Below the pieces are notes generated by a model that ran no database searches, was not told the origin of the DNA, and saw nothing but the letters and a program-made list of their open reading frames with translations. This document shows positions 1-16,565 of a stretch of 64,000 nt of DNA, in pieces. The first letter of the stretch is position 1. Each line of letters opens with the position of its first letter. The stretch lies in assembly GCF_009914755.1 (NCBI RefSeq), contig NC_060925.1. One strand, given 5' to 3'. A program made the position numbers and the translations under genes. The stretch comes from the human T2T-CHM13v2.0 reference genome, Homo sapiens.

Positions 1-439
1 AGGCATGGTATAAAACTCTATGTTATACGGGATGAATAGCAAGGGGTCAACACCCAGAAACCACACCACTGTGACTCGTCTAGCTAAACTGACTTCAAAG
101 TGTTGCCTATTTATAGCATATTTCCCTATATTATCAAATAAAACTTGGAATAAATACTACATTTTATCAAATCTAAGATACCACTGGTTGTAATTTGCAC
201 AATTATTTTATGAAACACTAAAGAAAAAATGCTGCCAAATAAACTATGACCACCCATCAATAACAAGATGCCTTCCAATTTCAGAGATGAGAAAATGTCA
301 AAACATATGTTTTAGAGTGGACAAATGATGGCACTTTATATTGTGGCATTTTAATCAGATCCTTTCTTGCGAGTACCCCCATAAAAACACCCCATGCGCT
401 ATAAATCTGAGGTGTTTGCAATACGTATATGTGACTGCT

Positions 440-748
440 TTTCTTCTTTTTTTTTTTTTTTTTTTTTGAGACAGAGTCTGGCTCTGTCACCCAAGCTGGA
501 AGTGCAGTGGGGTGATCTTGGCTCACTGCAAGCTCTGCCACCCGGGTTCAAGCAATTCTCTGCCTCAGTCTCCCGAGTAGCTGGGCTTACAGGCACCCGC
601 CACCATGCCTGGCTAATTTTTGTATTTTTAATAGAGATGGGGTTTCATCATCTTGGCCAGGCTGGTCTTGAACTCCTGACCTCATGATCCACCCCCGCCT
701 CGGCCTCCCAAAGTGCTGGGATTATAGGTGTGAGCCAACATGCCTGGC
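440..748 (-). mobile_element. Alu (S-type)
   Basis: Full dimer with poly(T) at left. Confidence 0.95.
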
Positions 749-1924
749 TGTGACTCCTTTTCTCTAGTCTCCTATTCCTGGTTCTACTGCCCCCCTACTA
801 AAGACAAAACACATGACGAAACTTAACTTTAAAAGCCTTTGCAGAGACACTGTCCCTTTTGACCTTCACCGTGACCTCATGGGGAAGAGAGGACAGAAGG
901 AGACCGACCCTATTAAGTTTGGGGCCTTGACCAAGGTCGCACAGCCAGGGATACAGCAGGGCCCTCTGATCCCCAGGTGGTCTTTTCAACCAGAGTACAT
1001 GGCCCCACTTCCAGCTGAATGTGCCGTAAAGGCATCAGATGTCCCAAAAGTTTCTCTCCAACAGTCCAAGGTCATCATCACCTCAGGCTTTAGCAAATCC
1101 CAGAGCAGGGATCACGGGGAAGGATGGTGCATTTTCAGGTACACCTCCTCTTCCCAGTTCAAAGGACCCTGCCGCACAGGCCACATGTCAGGAGGCGCCC
1201 GAGAGTGGAGGGTCTGCCAGAGCCCCTCTGGGGCTCTGGGTGGCAGCTGGGGCCAGTCCCTGAGTTTTCATCACTCACTTCCTATTACCACATCTGACAC
1301 AAGATCCTGGGTGCAAACAGCCAGCTGGAGCTGGAACGTCAGGTTGTGCAGATCCAGAATTCACTGTCACCCTTCAGGCGACATGAACAGAGAATCCTGG
1401 AGCCCCACGCAGAACTGGAAGGACCTGAAGCCTGGCCGAGGGAGCCTGTGCTTTGTAACAGACTCATCCAAACCCGGCGCTGACCTGGCAGGAGGGTGGG
1501 GCAGTTCCCTGATGGCTCTGCTGCCCTTGATCCTCACTCAGCCCTGGCCCCAAGCTAATTAATTTCAAAGATGATCACTTAAAAATACTCAAGGTGAGAA
1601 AGAAAATGGGCATCCTCTTCAGAGGATGACGAAAGCCCTCAGTATCTAAAGCAACCAGTCTGAAGCCAACAAGGTTCATAGCCTTGGCCCAACAGAAGCC
1701 CTGAGGGAGCTGAGCATCTGAGCCTGGGTTTTTGTTTTTGTTTTTTGTTTTGTGAGCACAATGAGGGTAGCGAGGCTGACCTCATGGGTCTGTGGTGAAG
1801 AGCAAAGAGAACAGCTATTGGTACAGGCCAGGTAGATACACTTAATGAACACAATCTCATAGCAGTGTCATGTGTGGGTCCTGCCCACATGGAGGGCTTC
1901 ATAAGCCCCTAGCCCATTCCAGGG

Positions 1925-2020
1925 ACACACACACACACACTATACACACATATATGCACACACGCACATATACACACTCACGCACATATACACACTCACA
2001 CGTACGCACACGCATGCTCA
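1925..2020. repeat. Imperfect (CA)n microsatellite next to a TMEM63A donor site
   Basis: cacacacacacac...cacgcacatatacacact. Confidence 0.85.
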
Positions 2021-2043
2021 CAGCCTAGGCGATATGTCTTTAC

Positions 2044-2123
2044 CTGTCTGCTTCTGACACCAGGGCAATGCGGCCATAGTCCCAGAATCTTCTTCTTATA
2101 ATAGAAAACACCAAGATTAAGAA
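2044..2123 (-). CDS. TMEM63A: TMEM63A second coding exon (OSCA/TMEM63 mechanosensitive channel); gene continues beyond the left edge
   Basis: Minus strand ttttag|TTCTTAATC...GCAGACAG|gtaaag, 80 nt, translates FLILVFSIIRRRFWDYGRIALVSEAD(S) in frame with the previous exon; not in the ORF track. Confidence 0.93.
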
Positions 2124-2493
2124 CTAAAAACAGAAAAGAAACCAAGTAAAAGCATATTGGATGGCTTCTCATTAGAAGACACAGCGGTCTCAGGGGTAAA
2201 GCCCACCTGCCCGCACTCAGCAGGGCTAGAAGGAAAACACCCAGGCCCAGAGAGGGCACTGAAGTGCCCAAGGCCATGCAGCTCAGTAGCCCGGATGCTT
2301 TGCTCACCCCCTTCACCAGGCTCCTGTCACCTGTGCCCACGCCACCAAGGCTGCCAGCGCTGACGCCAAGCTTGCCTGGAGCCTGCCTAGTTCTGCACGT
2401 CAGCCCTGTCTCTTGCTCTCAAGGCAGCGGTAACACCACAAGGCCCAGTCTCGGGCCCTGCTCTGCCTTCAGTGGCCCCGAGCAGGAGGGTAA

Positions 2494-2867
<374 letters not shown>

Positions 2868-3537
2868 TGAGTTTGATTCCCCTGAAGGCAGGCCCCGCAG
2901 GCCCTGCAATCCCCCAGCAGAGAGCATGCATGCAGGCAGCAAGGCACCACGAGAACCTGTGCTCGGGCTGGCTTGGCCTCCGTAAGCTGGGACACCTCAG
3001 CAAGCTTGTGTCCAATGGCAACCTCAGGGCTGGACTAAGCCGCTTAGCTCTAGACATCTGTACACTCTAGACTGTCCTCACTCCCCACAGTCCACCTTGG
3101 CAGGCTCCATGCCATGTTCCTGCCTCTCTTCCCTCCCTAGACAGGGTCCCTCTCTTTGAGGTTCAGGGAGGTAGAGAAATACATCTTAGTAAGCACATCC
3201 CTGCCTGCTCTGATCAGAAACGGGGGTTTTGAAGGTAGGCTTTGTTTTCCTAAAGGAAATCCAGAAGACCTGAACCCCAGAGGCACTGAGTTCTCGTGGA
3301 ATTTTCTTCAGGTGAATCAGGAAGTTGGTGACATATTTTCAAAGGCAGGTGAGTCATGTTGTAGGAAAACCACGAAACCTGCTCAGCAGGTGCCTGCCCT
3401 CTCTGTCCACAGCGGCTGCCGCCCTGACCTGTGCAGTGCAGACACTTCCCACAAACCCATGCTCTCCAGGGCCCTCTGGCTCTTATGTGTCCCCCCTCCC
3501 CAACCCCCAAAACTTACTGCAATAAAAATCCACCCCT

Positions 3538-4070
<533 letters not shown>

Positions 4071-4390
4071 CTAAGCCACCCTCCCCATGTTCCCCACCCG
4101 AGCCTAGTCTCCAGCTCCAAGCAGTCCAAGGATGTTTACTCCATCAGAGCCATCTGCCCCCTTCACTCAGATGGTCTCTGCCACATGTTAGGAGACAGTA
4201 TCAAGAGGCACTGGCCAGCCCATGGCATTTGTGAAAAGAAGGGGCACTTTAACCCCAATAAATCTCAGCCAGCCAACGTTGAGTCTGCATAAGGAAGAAC
4301 AATGCCATGGGGCATCTTTGTGAACAAGGAGATCTACGTTAAAGAAAGGCCACCTGCTGAAGGTACGCTCTAAGAATCAGCTTCTAATTC

Positions 4391-4695
4391 TTTTTTTTGT
4401 TTTTTTTTTTTTGAGACAGCGTCTCGCTCTTGTTGCACAGGCTGGAGTGCAGTGGCGTGATCTCGGCTCATTGCAACTCTGCCTCCCAGGTTCAAGCAAT
4501 TCTCCTGCCTCGGCCTCCAGAGTAGCCGGGATTACAGGCGCCGACCACCACACCCGGCTAATTTTTTGTATTTTTAGTAGAGACAGGGTTTCACCATGTT
4601 AGCCAGGCTGGTCTCGAACTCCTGACCTCAGGCAATCTACTCGCCTCAGCCTCCCAAAGTGCTGAGATTACAGGCATGAGCCACCGTACCTGGCC
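4391..4695 (-). mobile_element. Alu (S-type)
   Basis: TSD CAGCTTCT(A/G)ATTCT. Confidence 0.95.
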
Positions 4696-5096
4696 CAGCT
4701 TCTGATTCTTTAAAAACCCCAGGGATGCCAGAGGGGAACAGGAGGTGACACTTGGGAACTGCAGCTGCTCTATTCTAGTCCGTACTCTCCATTCACATGT
4801 CTCAACCCCTTGAGATGACCCTTCCCAAGGGCCTTAAAGATACGACAGGCTGAGAGCTCTGCAATCACGGTAGTAATCACAGGCATAGCTATGTGAGTAT
4901 TCTGGCCTTATCCAAATTCCAAAATTCTCTGAGATAGGAATTATGATCTCCATTTCCGGAGCAGAAAGGGGAGGTGCACAGAAGCTAAGTAACACGCCTA
5001 AGTCACAGAGCTGGTAAGCAGCAGAGTTGAGATTTAAACCCAGCTATGTCTGACTTCTCATCTAAGTTTCCCAGAAGGCCCTGGGTGGGGCATTTA

Positions 5097-5381
<285 letters not shown>

Positions 5382-6608
5382 TCAAATTTCTTGCAGGTTC
5401 CCACCAGTGCTGGCAGAGCCAAAGGCAGGCGTTTCCCAGGGACTGATCGGGCAGTAAGCCAGCAGCAAGGAGTCCGGGAGAGCCAGACATTGGACCTCTG
5501 CGTGCCTGGCAGTGTCCACAGAGAATGGCTGCATTGTGGGACAATCTCAGGGGATCAGATGGTCAGAGTGGATGGCTCATCCAGAACACAGTGGGCAGAT
5601 CCCCAGAGGGGGCGACATGGAGCAAAGGAGGGACAGAGTTGCTGCAGCTGCTGTCTTAAGAAGTCCTAAAGTTCCTCTAGCCTCGAGGACTCGTGTTGGG
5701 AAAGTCACTCCTGCAGAAGCCACTGGCGGATCTAGAGTACAGGCAGAGGAGAGGGAGAAAGGCACACAAAGGCAGGAAGAGGAAAACACCGGGATAAACA
5801 AACAGGGAAGAAGGGAACATCCAAGTATTCACGATGGTCCATCCACGAGCCACAGACAACACCTCACTCCCACTGCTCACAGAATGTCAGAGCTGGGACC
5901 TCAGAGATGGGTCCATCTGCTATACTTGGAAACCAAGCCTCAGAGGTTTAATAACTTGCCCCAAAGTTAAGGTTAAGGAGCTGGTCAGGGCAGAATTGAA
6001 TCCCAAACCCAATATCCTGACTCTCAGATGCCACTTCTCTTTTTACTTTGCCACAGAGGAGAAAGTAAAGGGGGTGGTCTAGGGTAGGGACGGGGAGGGA
6101 GTCAGGAGTCCCAGGGCCTCCTCAGGGACCTCTGGGTCCCCTAGCTCTGCGCTTTCACACACACATACCCCTCCTGGGTACCATCAGTCTAACTGCAAGG
6201 CCCAGCATTTCCAAAGCAAACACTGCTCCAGGCTGGGTTGTTGACCTTTCCTTCCTGAGGCTCCTGGCGCCCCTGGTGAAGCTAATAGAAATCTCCAGTG
6301 TCTGTCCCCTGACACCAGAGGACCGGGAGTTAGTGTCCAAGTTCTCATGCTGTGGCTGAAGGGCCAGAACACATATTCAGCCTGGACTTGCTTAAGATCC
6401 TACCTGCCCAAATCTGGTAAATCTAGAATTCCCAGGGGATTTTTCTGCTAAGTCTGGTGCTTCTAGCTGTTACAGGGACAAAGATCTTGAGAACAAGAAG
6501 AAAAGATATAGAGAACCCAAACAGATGTTTGGATACCAGTAGTGCTGGTGAGGTGTGTATGTTGGGTAACCCCTAGGCCTAGAGTGCTGGGGACAATCAC
6601 ACATGGAC

Positions 6609-6630
6609 ACCTACCTACCTACCTACCTAC

Positions 6631-6666
<36 letters not shown>
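6609..6666. repeat. Compound (CCTA)n(CA)n microsatellite
   Basis: Direct reading. Confidence 0.92.
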
Positions 6667-6668
<2 letters not shown>

Positions 6669-6962
6669 AGCACAGGAAGCATGAATGAGTGGAAAGCCCA
6701 AGAACATGGGAGCATCCCACAGACAGCCAAGTCACTTTCTCAACCTTCTAAGAGACTTGGCAATGGCTGGAGGTAGTGGGGGTTGTGATGCCAGAGTCAT
6801 GGGGCTGCTGACTCTGAACAGAGTGTCACAAGAGTGACCTCTGGAACACAGATGTTCTTGGCTTCCCTTTAAAATCCCCCAGTGGCACCACCCAATGGAA
6901 CACCCCAGCCCAACACTTCAAGGCCACCACCTACCCCTCCTCCTTCCTGTCCCCACACTTAC

Positions 6963-7153
6963 CAGACACTAGGGGAAGGAAGGACTGTGGATGGGCCCGT
7001 TGGAGAGGTCCTCAGTTGGAGCTGTCTCTGGCAAAGGCAAAAGCAGCCCCAGCCACCTCCCAAGCTGCCAAGGGCCAGGCGTCGGGCCTAACACTCATGT
7101 CCTGCAGGGCTTTCCTGACCAGCGAGTCCTGGGGTACCAAACTGTAGACTTTC
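6963..7153 (-). other. TMEM63A: Predicted TMEM63A non-coding 5'UTR exon 2
   Basis: Acceptor tgatccttcag|GAAAG and consensus donor CTG|gtaagt, lying between the CpG island and the first coding exon. Confidence 0.65.
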
Positions 7154-9499
7154 CTGAAGGATCACAGACACCAAGCATCACATGGGAGCCACCCTTTTCC
7201 AGTGTAGGGGTCTGGATGGAAACCCTCCAGCACACACCTGTGTATGCATGCTGCCCATATGGACCTTTAGGTTCTGCCCAGTGGGCTCCCTCCTGCCTTG
7301 ATCTCTCCCCAAACTCCCAGAACTGGTTCTCCATCCATCAGTGCTCCTCTGTGCGACCCTACTCCTCCTTCCTCGGCCAGCACCACCTGTGGCCCCAGCC
7401 TCTCTCCTCTTTGCCAATGGCTCAAGGACCTGCTGGGTCTAGGGGAGCAGCCCTCTCCCACAGAAACCCTGGAGGTTGTGGGCTCACGGTAGGGCCCCAA
7501 GCAAAGGACTTCACCTGGGCCCCAAGGGCCAATGCTACTGGGGAGGCTCCCCAGGGTTCCCCAAGAGCTAGAATCAGGAAAAGGGAACACAGCAGCATGA
7601 ACAAGGAAGGCTTGAAATGTGAAGTGGAAAGAAAAAACATCCCCATAAAATGCTCACAGAGAGAGCATTGTCCCTGGAAAGGGGAGGGTGCTGTGGTGGT
7701 GCTGGGAGTGGCATACCCTCGCCAGTGCTGCAGAGAAGGAGAGAGGCCTCTGCGGAGGGAAACACCTGCGGCTCCTCTTCCCCCTCCCTCCAGCCCCAGT
7801 CATGCCTCTAAGTTACTTGTCTCTTGCCAAATAGGCTTCCCAGGATGGTTTGACAAAGTTTGATATGAACTCAGGGAGGTGGCTAGCAAATACTATCAGC
7901 CTGAGACAGAGGTAAGGTCAGGTGGCCAGTCCTGTCTGCCCTCTCCGATGAGCACCCAGGTTAGGGTAGAGCTCTGGGGACCCACAATCTCTCTCAGACC
8001 TTTCAGCTCAGTCCCAGCCTGTCCCTGCCCATTAGACACATAAAGTCCAGATCCCCCTGAAACAGCTCCGTCCCTCTGGCTCTCCATGGGACAGCTCCTC
8101 TGCATTTTCACAAACAGGCACGCTCTGAGCAGGCAGCTGGGAACACAGACACCATGGGACAGTGCTGCCAGGCTGAGGAGAAGGCAGGGGGAGGGGAGCA
8201 CCCAGCTGGCAGCTGTATAGAGGAGGCCAAACCAGCAGCTAGGCACTGTGGTTGAAGTGGCACTGCCTGGCTGAGAACCCCTGGCAATATTCAGTCATCC
8301 TAGATGTATGTGAATGCCTAGCACTTACCTGTGCCTTCCAGAAATTCTCCATTCATCCCCTTATTCCTACTCAATATGCCGAGGGTAGGAAAGCCAAGAA
8401 TTACTGCTGAGGCCCAAGAGCCAGAGTGGGCAGCAGGTGACTTCACGCTCCCAACCCAAAGTTCAACCCATGTGCAGGCAAGCGTCTGATTGTGGCCAGT
8501 GGGAGAGGGCTAAATCCAACAGCTGGTCTAAATTTGCCAAAGTAAACTACCTATGCTAATCCACTGCCAGTCTCCATTGGCAGCAAGGACTGGCCTGGTG
8601 GTCAACTTGACAAGCTCTAGAAATACCAGCAGAATGTTGCAGGAAGTATATGGATATTGTTCGTTCTTGCAAGAAGGCCCGTACAAATTCAGGGTAATTT
8701 TATCATCACCAAATCTTTCAATCCTGTGATGACAATAGCGAAACTACAAGCAGCTCCAGGCCTTCTGCCTCAGGAGCTAACTCTGGTCTTTCAGATGCAG
8801 AATAAGGTTGCAAAGTAAAGTACAAACTTCTCCTTATGGCAACACCAAACAGGACCCAGTAACCTGGACAACTGTTTACCTCTACCCTGGAGCACAAAGG
8901 AAATGACACAGCCCCTGGCTGAAACCAGAGGCAGTGTGGCTCAGGGATTATGTGAGCAGGCTCTGGAGTTAAGGTCTCAGCACCACGCAGTTCAGACAAG
9001 CAGCCTAACCACTCTGTGCCTTGGCTTCCTTCGCCAGGAAATGCGAGTGATGACTTTCTCTCACGGAGCTGTTGGGAGGCACAGATCCCAAACAACACCT
9101 GTAAAGCACTTAGCCCAGGACCCGGCCCTAGCAAGCAATTAGAAGCTGTCTGCCTTTATTTTAAGTCGCCCCTCCAGCTAATGGGAAACACAAGGGCAGG
9201 ATCCCACCTGACGTCTTCTCTGTTAGAGCCCAACGAACAGCTAGGAGAGACCTTTGCCCCCACACTAAACAAAGGAGAGGGGCGTGTGAAGGGAAAAGGA
9301 GCCTCGGCTTCCGTTCATATCCCCCTTGAAGGCACAGCAGACTTGAGGATGACCTGAGAGGTGTCAAGGGAGGGTCAGTGGGTCCGCCACGCTGTCCACC
9401 CCTGCCCTTGAAGAGGACACCACCTGCCTGGGGCTGAATGACCAAGGCCCCTCCAGGGCCTCAGGTAGCTAGTCTTATCAGGTGCTGGAACCTTTGCGG

Positions 9500-10972
9500 A
9501 TTTGGTTTCTTAGCAGAGCTCGCCTCACCCTTTCCGCCCCCGCCCTTCCCCCCAGTCCCCGAGTCCCCAGCCTCCCTCCTCAGGACTCCGCCAAGGCTGC
9601 AGGAAGTGGTCACCCAGGAACAGCCCGAGGGGTGGCCTCTGCCTTCCTGGCGTCAGGAGAGTCGGACGCTTGGCCCTTTCCCAGCCCGGCCTCGTATAGG
9701 GTCCGAGGAGCCCATAGCTGCACTCCTAGTTAGGTGGGAGGTCGGACTCCGCCGACAAATCCCAAAGAGAGGGGTGGGGAAGAAGGAGATACCAGCCCTG
9801 AAAGCGAAAAGCCGGAGAGGAAAGTCCTGAAAAGCCGCCAGGAATTCCCAAGGAGCGCAGGGCTGGAATGGAGGCGCTGCCCGGACCCTCTCCTCCCACC
9901 CAATCCCGCGTCGTCACCCCCTGCTTGGGGTCGGGGGCTCTGGGGTCTGCGTAGGCTGGGAGCCGTTCCGGAACCGGACACCTGGCGCGCACGTCCCGGG
10001 AAAGGCGGAGGGTGCATTGCCCCTCCTCACGCCCCCTGTCCCCTGTACCTGCGGCGGCGGCGTGTCTGGCGGGACCCAGCAGCGCGGGGCGTGTTCCGAC
10101 CACTTAAAAGTTACAAAGTGAAACTCCGGCGCCTCCTGCACATGCGCAGAGCTGCGGCCACCCCTTTCCCAATTTGGAGTCTTGGCCCGCGGCGGCGCAA
10201 GCCTGTACGCAGCTGACTGCGCCTCCCGCGGTGGCCCTCGGCGGTCCTCTGCCCCGGCCTGGCCTCCTGGTCGCCGCTCAGCCCCGCAGCTCCTCCCGGA
10301 GGTCTGCAAGCCCCGGACCGGCCAGCTCACGTCCAGGCTCCAAGAAGGGATCCGCCGGGGCGCACCCTCTTCCGTCCCCCGGCACGAGCCCAGTCTCTGG
10401 ACGCCTCCGGGAGAACTGGGCCAAGCACAGGGTGGTCGCGGCGCAGGGAGAGCATCTGCAAACGTTGGTCCCTGTAGTGCTTTGAATTTCCCCGAAGAGC
10501 TCTTAGACCCGCCCCGGGAGAGTGGGGTTGCGGGGGTGGTAGCATGGGGAGCTCAGCAGGATTCAGCCCGCACCTCGGCTCCGGGTAGTCGGGAACCGCG
10601 CGGAGCGCCCTGCAAGAGGCCACGGCTCCCCCGCCGCTGTAGAAGGCCGGACCGTGAAAGCCCGGAGGGTCTCCGTTCGGGCAAAAATGTGGGGGCGGGT
10701 CGCAGCATTTCCAACGCCCCCTGGGGTTAGTCCATTACTGCTCGAGCCAGGGCCGCCAAGGGCACCTACTCCAGCCCAGGTCCGAGAGCGCGGCATGCCT
10801 CCCGGCCGGGAGCCAAATGTTTCCAGGGAGCCGGTGGCCTCCACAACCGGACCGCAAGCTCGCGAGGGCAGGGCCGGCCCGCCGCGCCAGGGACTGCTGG
10901 GCGCTGCGCGGGAAGCGAGGCTGGGTTCGGGGAGGACCGCGCGCCCTGGGAATCAAGGAGCAAACCAACCCG

Positions 10973-10980
<8 letters not shown>
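9500..10980. promoter_or_regulatory. CpG island / TMEM63A promoter
   Basis: High GC and dense CpG, GC boxes, NRF1-like motif at 10137-10148. Confidence 0.85.
10049..10130 (-). other. TMEM63A: Predicted TMEM63A non-coding exon 1 (5' end approximate)
   Basis: Donor CAG|gtacag at 10048 inside the CpG island; NRF1-like TGCACATGCGCA just upstream at 10137-10148. Confidence 0.55.
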
Positions 10981-11935
<955 letters not shown>

Positions 11936-12095
11936 ACTGACAAAGATTTCAGAGAGAGAAAGGATTTCTAAATTTGTTCTTGAGTAGGTTAAGGTTATTT
12001 CAAAATCAAGAGAAGGCCTTGATGGATCGATATGTGAGTTGAGATAGCCACAGCCTTTGTTATGTCAGTTGTGTGAAGTGCTTGTAAAATCACTA

Positions 12096-13990
<1,895 letters not shown>

Positions 13991-14045
13991 TAATTAATTA
14001 ATTAAAATAAAATAGAAAATTACAAAATTATAGAATAAAATGTGT

Positions 14046-14073
14046 TTTATTCATGTTTTACAAAGTCTTTATT
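14046..14073 (-). terminator. LEFTY1 tandem poly(A) signals
   Basis: Two minus-strand AATAAA at 14068-14073 and 14046-14051, about 400 nt after the stop. Confidence 0.8.
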
Positions 14074-14475
14074 ATCTGGATTGGGGATGCACAACCCACA
14101 CTTAACCCCAGGTCTTAGGTCCAGAGTGGTGGTGGAGGACTTTAGCCCAGATCCAGTGACAGGACAAGTAAACAATGACACATTGGGCTTTCTGCCCTCA
14201 GGTTACAGTATCTCCACATGTAAGTGCTTAGAATATAGTGCAGTGAATAATAAGAATAGAGAAAACTGAGCAAGGGCTCTCCAGTGGCCAAAGATTCTCA
14301 TTCCTGAGAAGCAAAAATTAGGTGAGGTAACTTGTCAGAGGAAGCAAATTCAGGGCTCACTAGAGAGCACAGAGCATTTGTCCATCAGCAGTTCAGTCAT
14401 CGCCAGCTCTCCTGGTACCCTCGAACACTTCAGAAACACACACAAGTCAAGTCCCTCGATGGCTACACTAGGCGC

Positions 14476-14839
14476 CTATGGCTGGAGCCTCCTTGGCACG
14501 AGCGCACCATCCGAGGCACAGCTGCACTTCTGCACCCTCATGTTGGGCAGGCTGACCACCTGGGGCCTGGTCCTGCCTCCCTCCTTGATGCTGACGATCA
14601 TGGGCAGCGAGTCAGTCTCCGAGGCGATGCACTGTCGAGGCCCCAGAAACGGCCACTTGAAGGCCAGGGCCTCCGGGGGCTGCCGGCAGGTGCCCACACA
14701 CTCATAAGCCAGGAAGCCCGGGGGCTCCAGCACCCAGTTCTCGGCCCACTTCATCCCCTGCAGGTCAATGTACATCTCCTGGCGGCAGCAGCGGGTGCCC
14801 TCGGTCATTGGTGCTTCAGGGTCACAGTCGCCCTGAGCT
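14476..14839 (-). CDS. LEFTY1: LEFTY1 exon 4 (TGF-beta cystine-knot domain, stop codon)
   Basis: cacacag|AGCTCAGGGC...; [35 protein letters not shown]...[16 protein letters not shown]; 364 nt. Confidence 0.97.
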
Positions 14840-15147
14840 CTGTGTGGGCAAAGAGAGCAGGGTCAGCGGTCAGCTGGGAGGGCTGAGGTCAGAGGGCGTC
14901 TGGGATGGAGATTTATGATCCACCTCTCAACTTCAAAAAGCTGGATGTTTGTGATATAGGATGGACAGCTAGAAATAACTTGAAAATTAATAACCGATAT
15001 TTACTGAGGATCTCCTAAGAGTCAGAGGAAGAATTGTATACATTGTCTCATTCATTCCCACAGCACTCTGAAAAGTTGTCCATTTCAAAATAAATGTAAT
15101 TGCCTGTCTCTTTATTCCGGCTTACCAGTTTGACCCTCAGCACCTAC

Positions 15148-15387
15148 CCATAGTCCCCAAGGTCCAGGGTGTGCAGCTCCAGCTGGGGCTCCCCAAGCCC
15201 GGCTGGCGCCCCCTGCGAGGCAAAGCGGACCAGCTTGTGGGCGCCGGACGCCAGCGGGCCCAGATGCTCCCTCTGCACCGACACCTGTAGCAGCAGCGGC
15301 TGCCGGGGCCGGCTCAGCTGCTGCCAGAAGTTCACGGCCTCGGTCACGTCGAAGGCCTTCCAGCCGCTCTCGTGGACGGACACCAGC
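15148..15387 (-). CDS. LEFTY1: LEFTY1 exon 3
   Basis: tctcag|GCTGGTG...GACTATGG|gtaggt; [24 protein letters not shown]...LDLGDYG; 240 nt. Confidence 0.97.
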
Positions 15388-15790
15388 CTGAGACATGACA
15401 CAGAGACCCAGCGCCGCTTGAGGGCGGGGACTGGGACGGGCCCCGAGGACCCCGCACCGCCCCCCCGCGTCCCCGCCCCCAAGCCGGGCCTAGCAGCGCC
15501 CTCCCCCTACCCTGCGCGCCCCCGCGACCCCCACCTGGAGTCGATGAGGGAGGTGCGGTTGGAGCCGTCGTCGCGGACGCGCAGCCACTCGACGGTCACC
15601 CGGGCCCGGGCGCTGCGCGGGGACAGCCGCCCGTGCCTGTGCAGCGCGGCCTTGGGAACCGGCTCCTGGAAGAGCCGCAGCACGGCCTGCACCAGCTCGC
15701 TGTTGGGCGGCAGCCGCTGCTCCATGCCGAACACCAGCAGGTGTGTGCTGGCCTCCAACGCCAGGAACCTGCCGGCCACCTCTGGGGACA
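15200..15790. promoter_or_regulatory. Intragenic CpG island over LEFTY1 exons 2-3
   Basis: Dense CpG and very high GC. Confidence 0.7.
15535..15781 (-). CDS. LEFTY1: LEFTY1 exon 2
   Basis: ccccag|AGGTGGCC...CTCCAG|gtgggg; [36 protein letters not shown]...RHGR...SLIDSR; 247 nt. Confidence 0.97.
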
Positions 15791-16565
15791 AGAGCAGGGT
15801 CAGCAGGGCCTCCCCCGACTCCAGGGGAGCTCTGAGGATGGCAGGGCCACTGAGCTGGCAGCCAGGCCAGGAGACACCGGCCCTGTTCTATTTCTGGGGC
15901 AAACCCAGTTTACAAATCTTCCTTGGATCTGGGCCTTGTTTAGTAACAATTTCCATCCAGCAGGCAGGGGCGCCTGTGGGACCCTGGCTAGCAAGTTTGC
16001 CTCAGCTGAGATGCTGGGAGCAGAATCCTCACCCAGGTGCCTGGCATTGGGTCTAGCTCTGGGCACTGAGGAGCTAGGGAGGCGAGAGGCTGCAGGAGGA
16101 TTCAGGCCGGCTGCAGGAGGATTCAGGCCCGCTGCACCCCTGACAGCCAGGTATAACCCAGGTTGTCTACTCAAGTGCAGTATTTTTCAGTTACCCAAAC
16201 ACGCTTCTATTTACAATGACTCATTTTGATGTTCACAATGCTGGAAGATGGGCAAGACATAGTTATACCCCAGTTCCATGTGAGCAAATGGTTGTGAGAT
16301 GATTTTAAAGCAATATGCTCCAAGTAGAACTCAGACCAGAGTGGCAGTACGAAAACAGACCCTCGGAGTCCTGACTGCATGCACCGCTGCATGCTGAGGC
16401 CCCGCCATCCTCACAGGCCCGGCCCCACCTCACTGCCCCTTAGACCGTGGCCCTCACTCAGCCTCCCACAGACCTCTGCAAGGCCAGGAGCCCTTTGACA
16501 CCACCGGAGTGGGCACATCTGACCTGCCCCATGGGACCAGGGGCAGCAGGGAGGGAGGGCCTCAC

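Noticed and set aside
813-1562. 249-aa plus-strand ORF
   Set aside because: Antisense within a TMEM63A intron, begins in MIR-like sequence, no recognisable domain
6991-7863. 290-aa plus-strand ORF
   Set aside because: Antisense to the TMEM63A 5'UTR exon and intron, GC-rich chance ORF, no family resemblance
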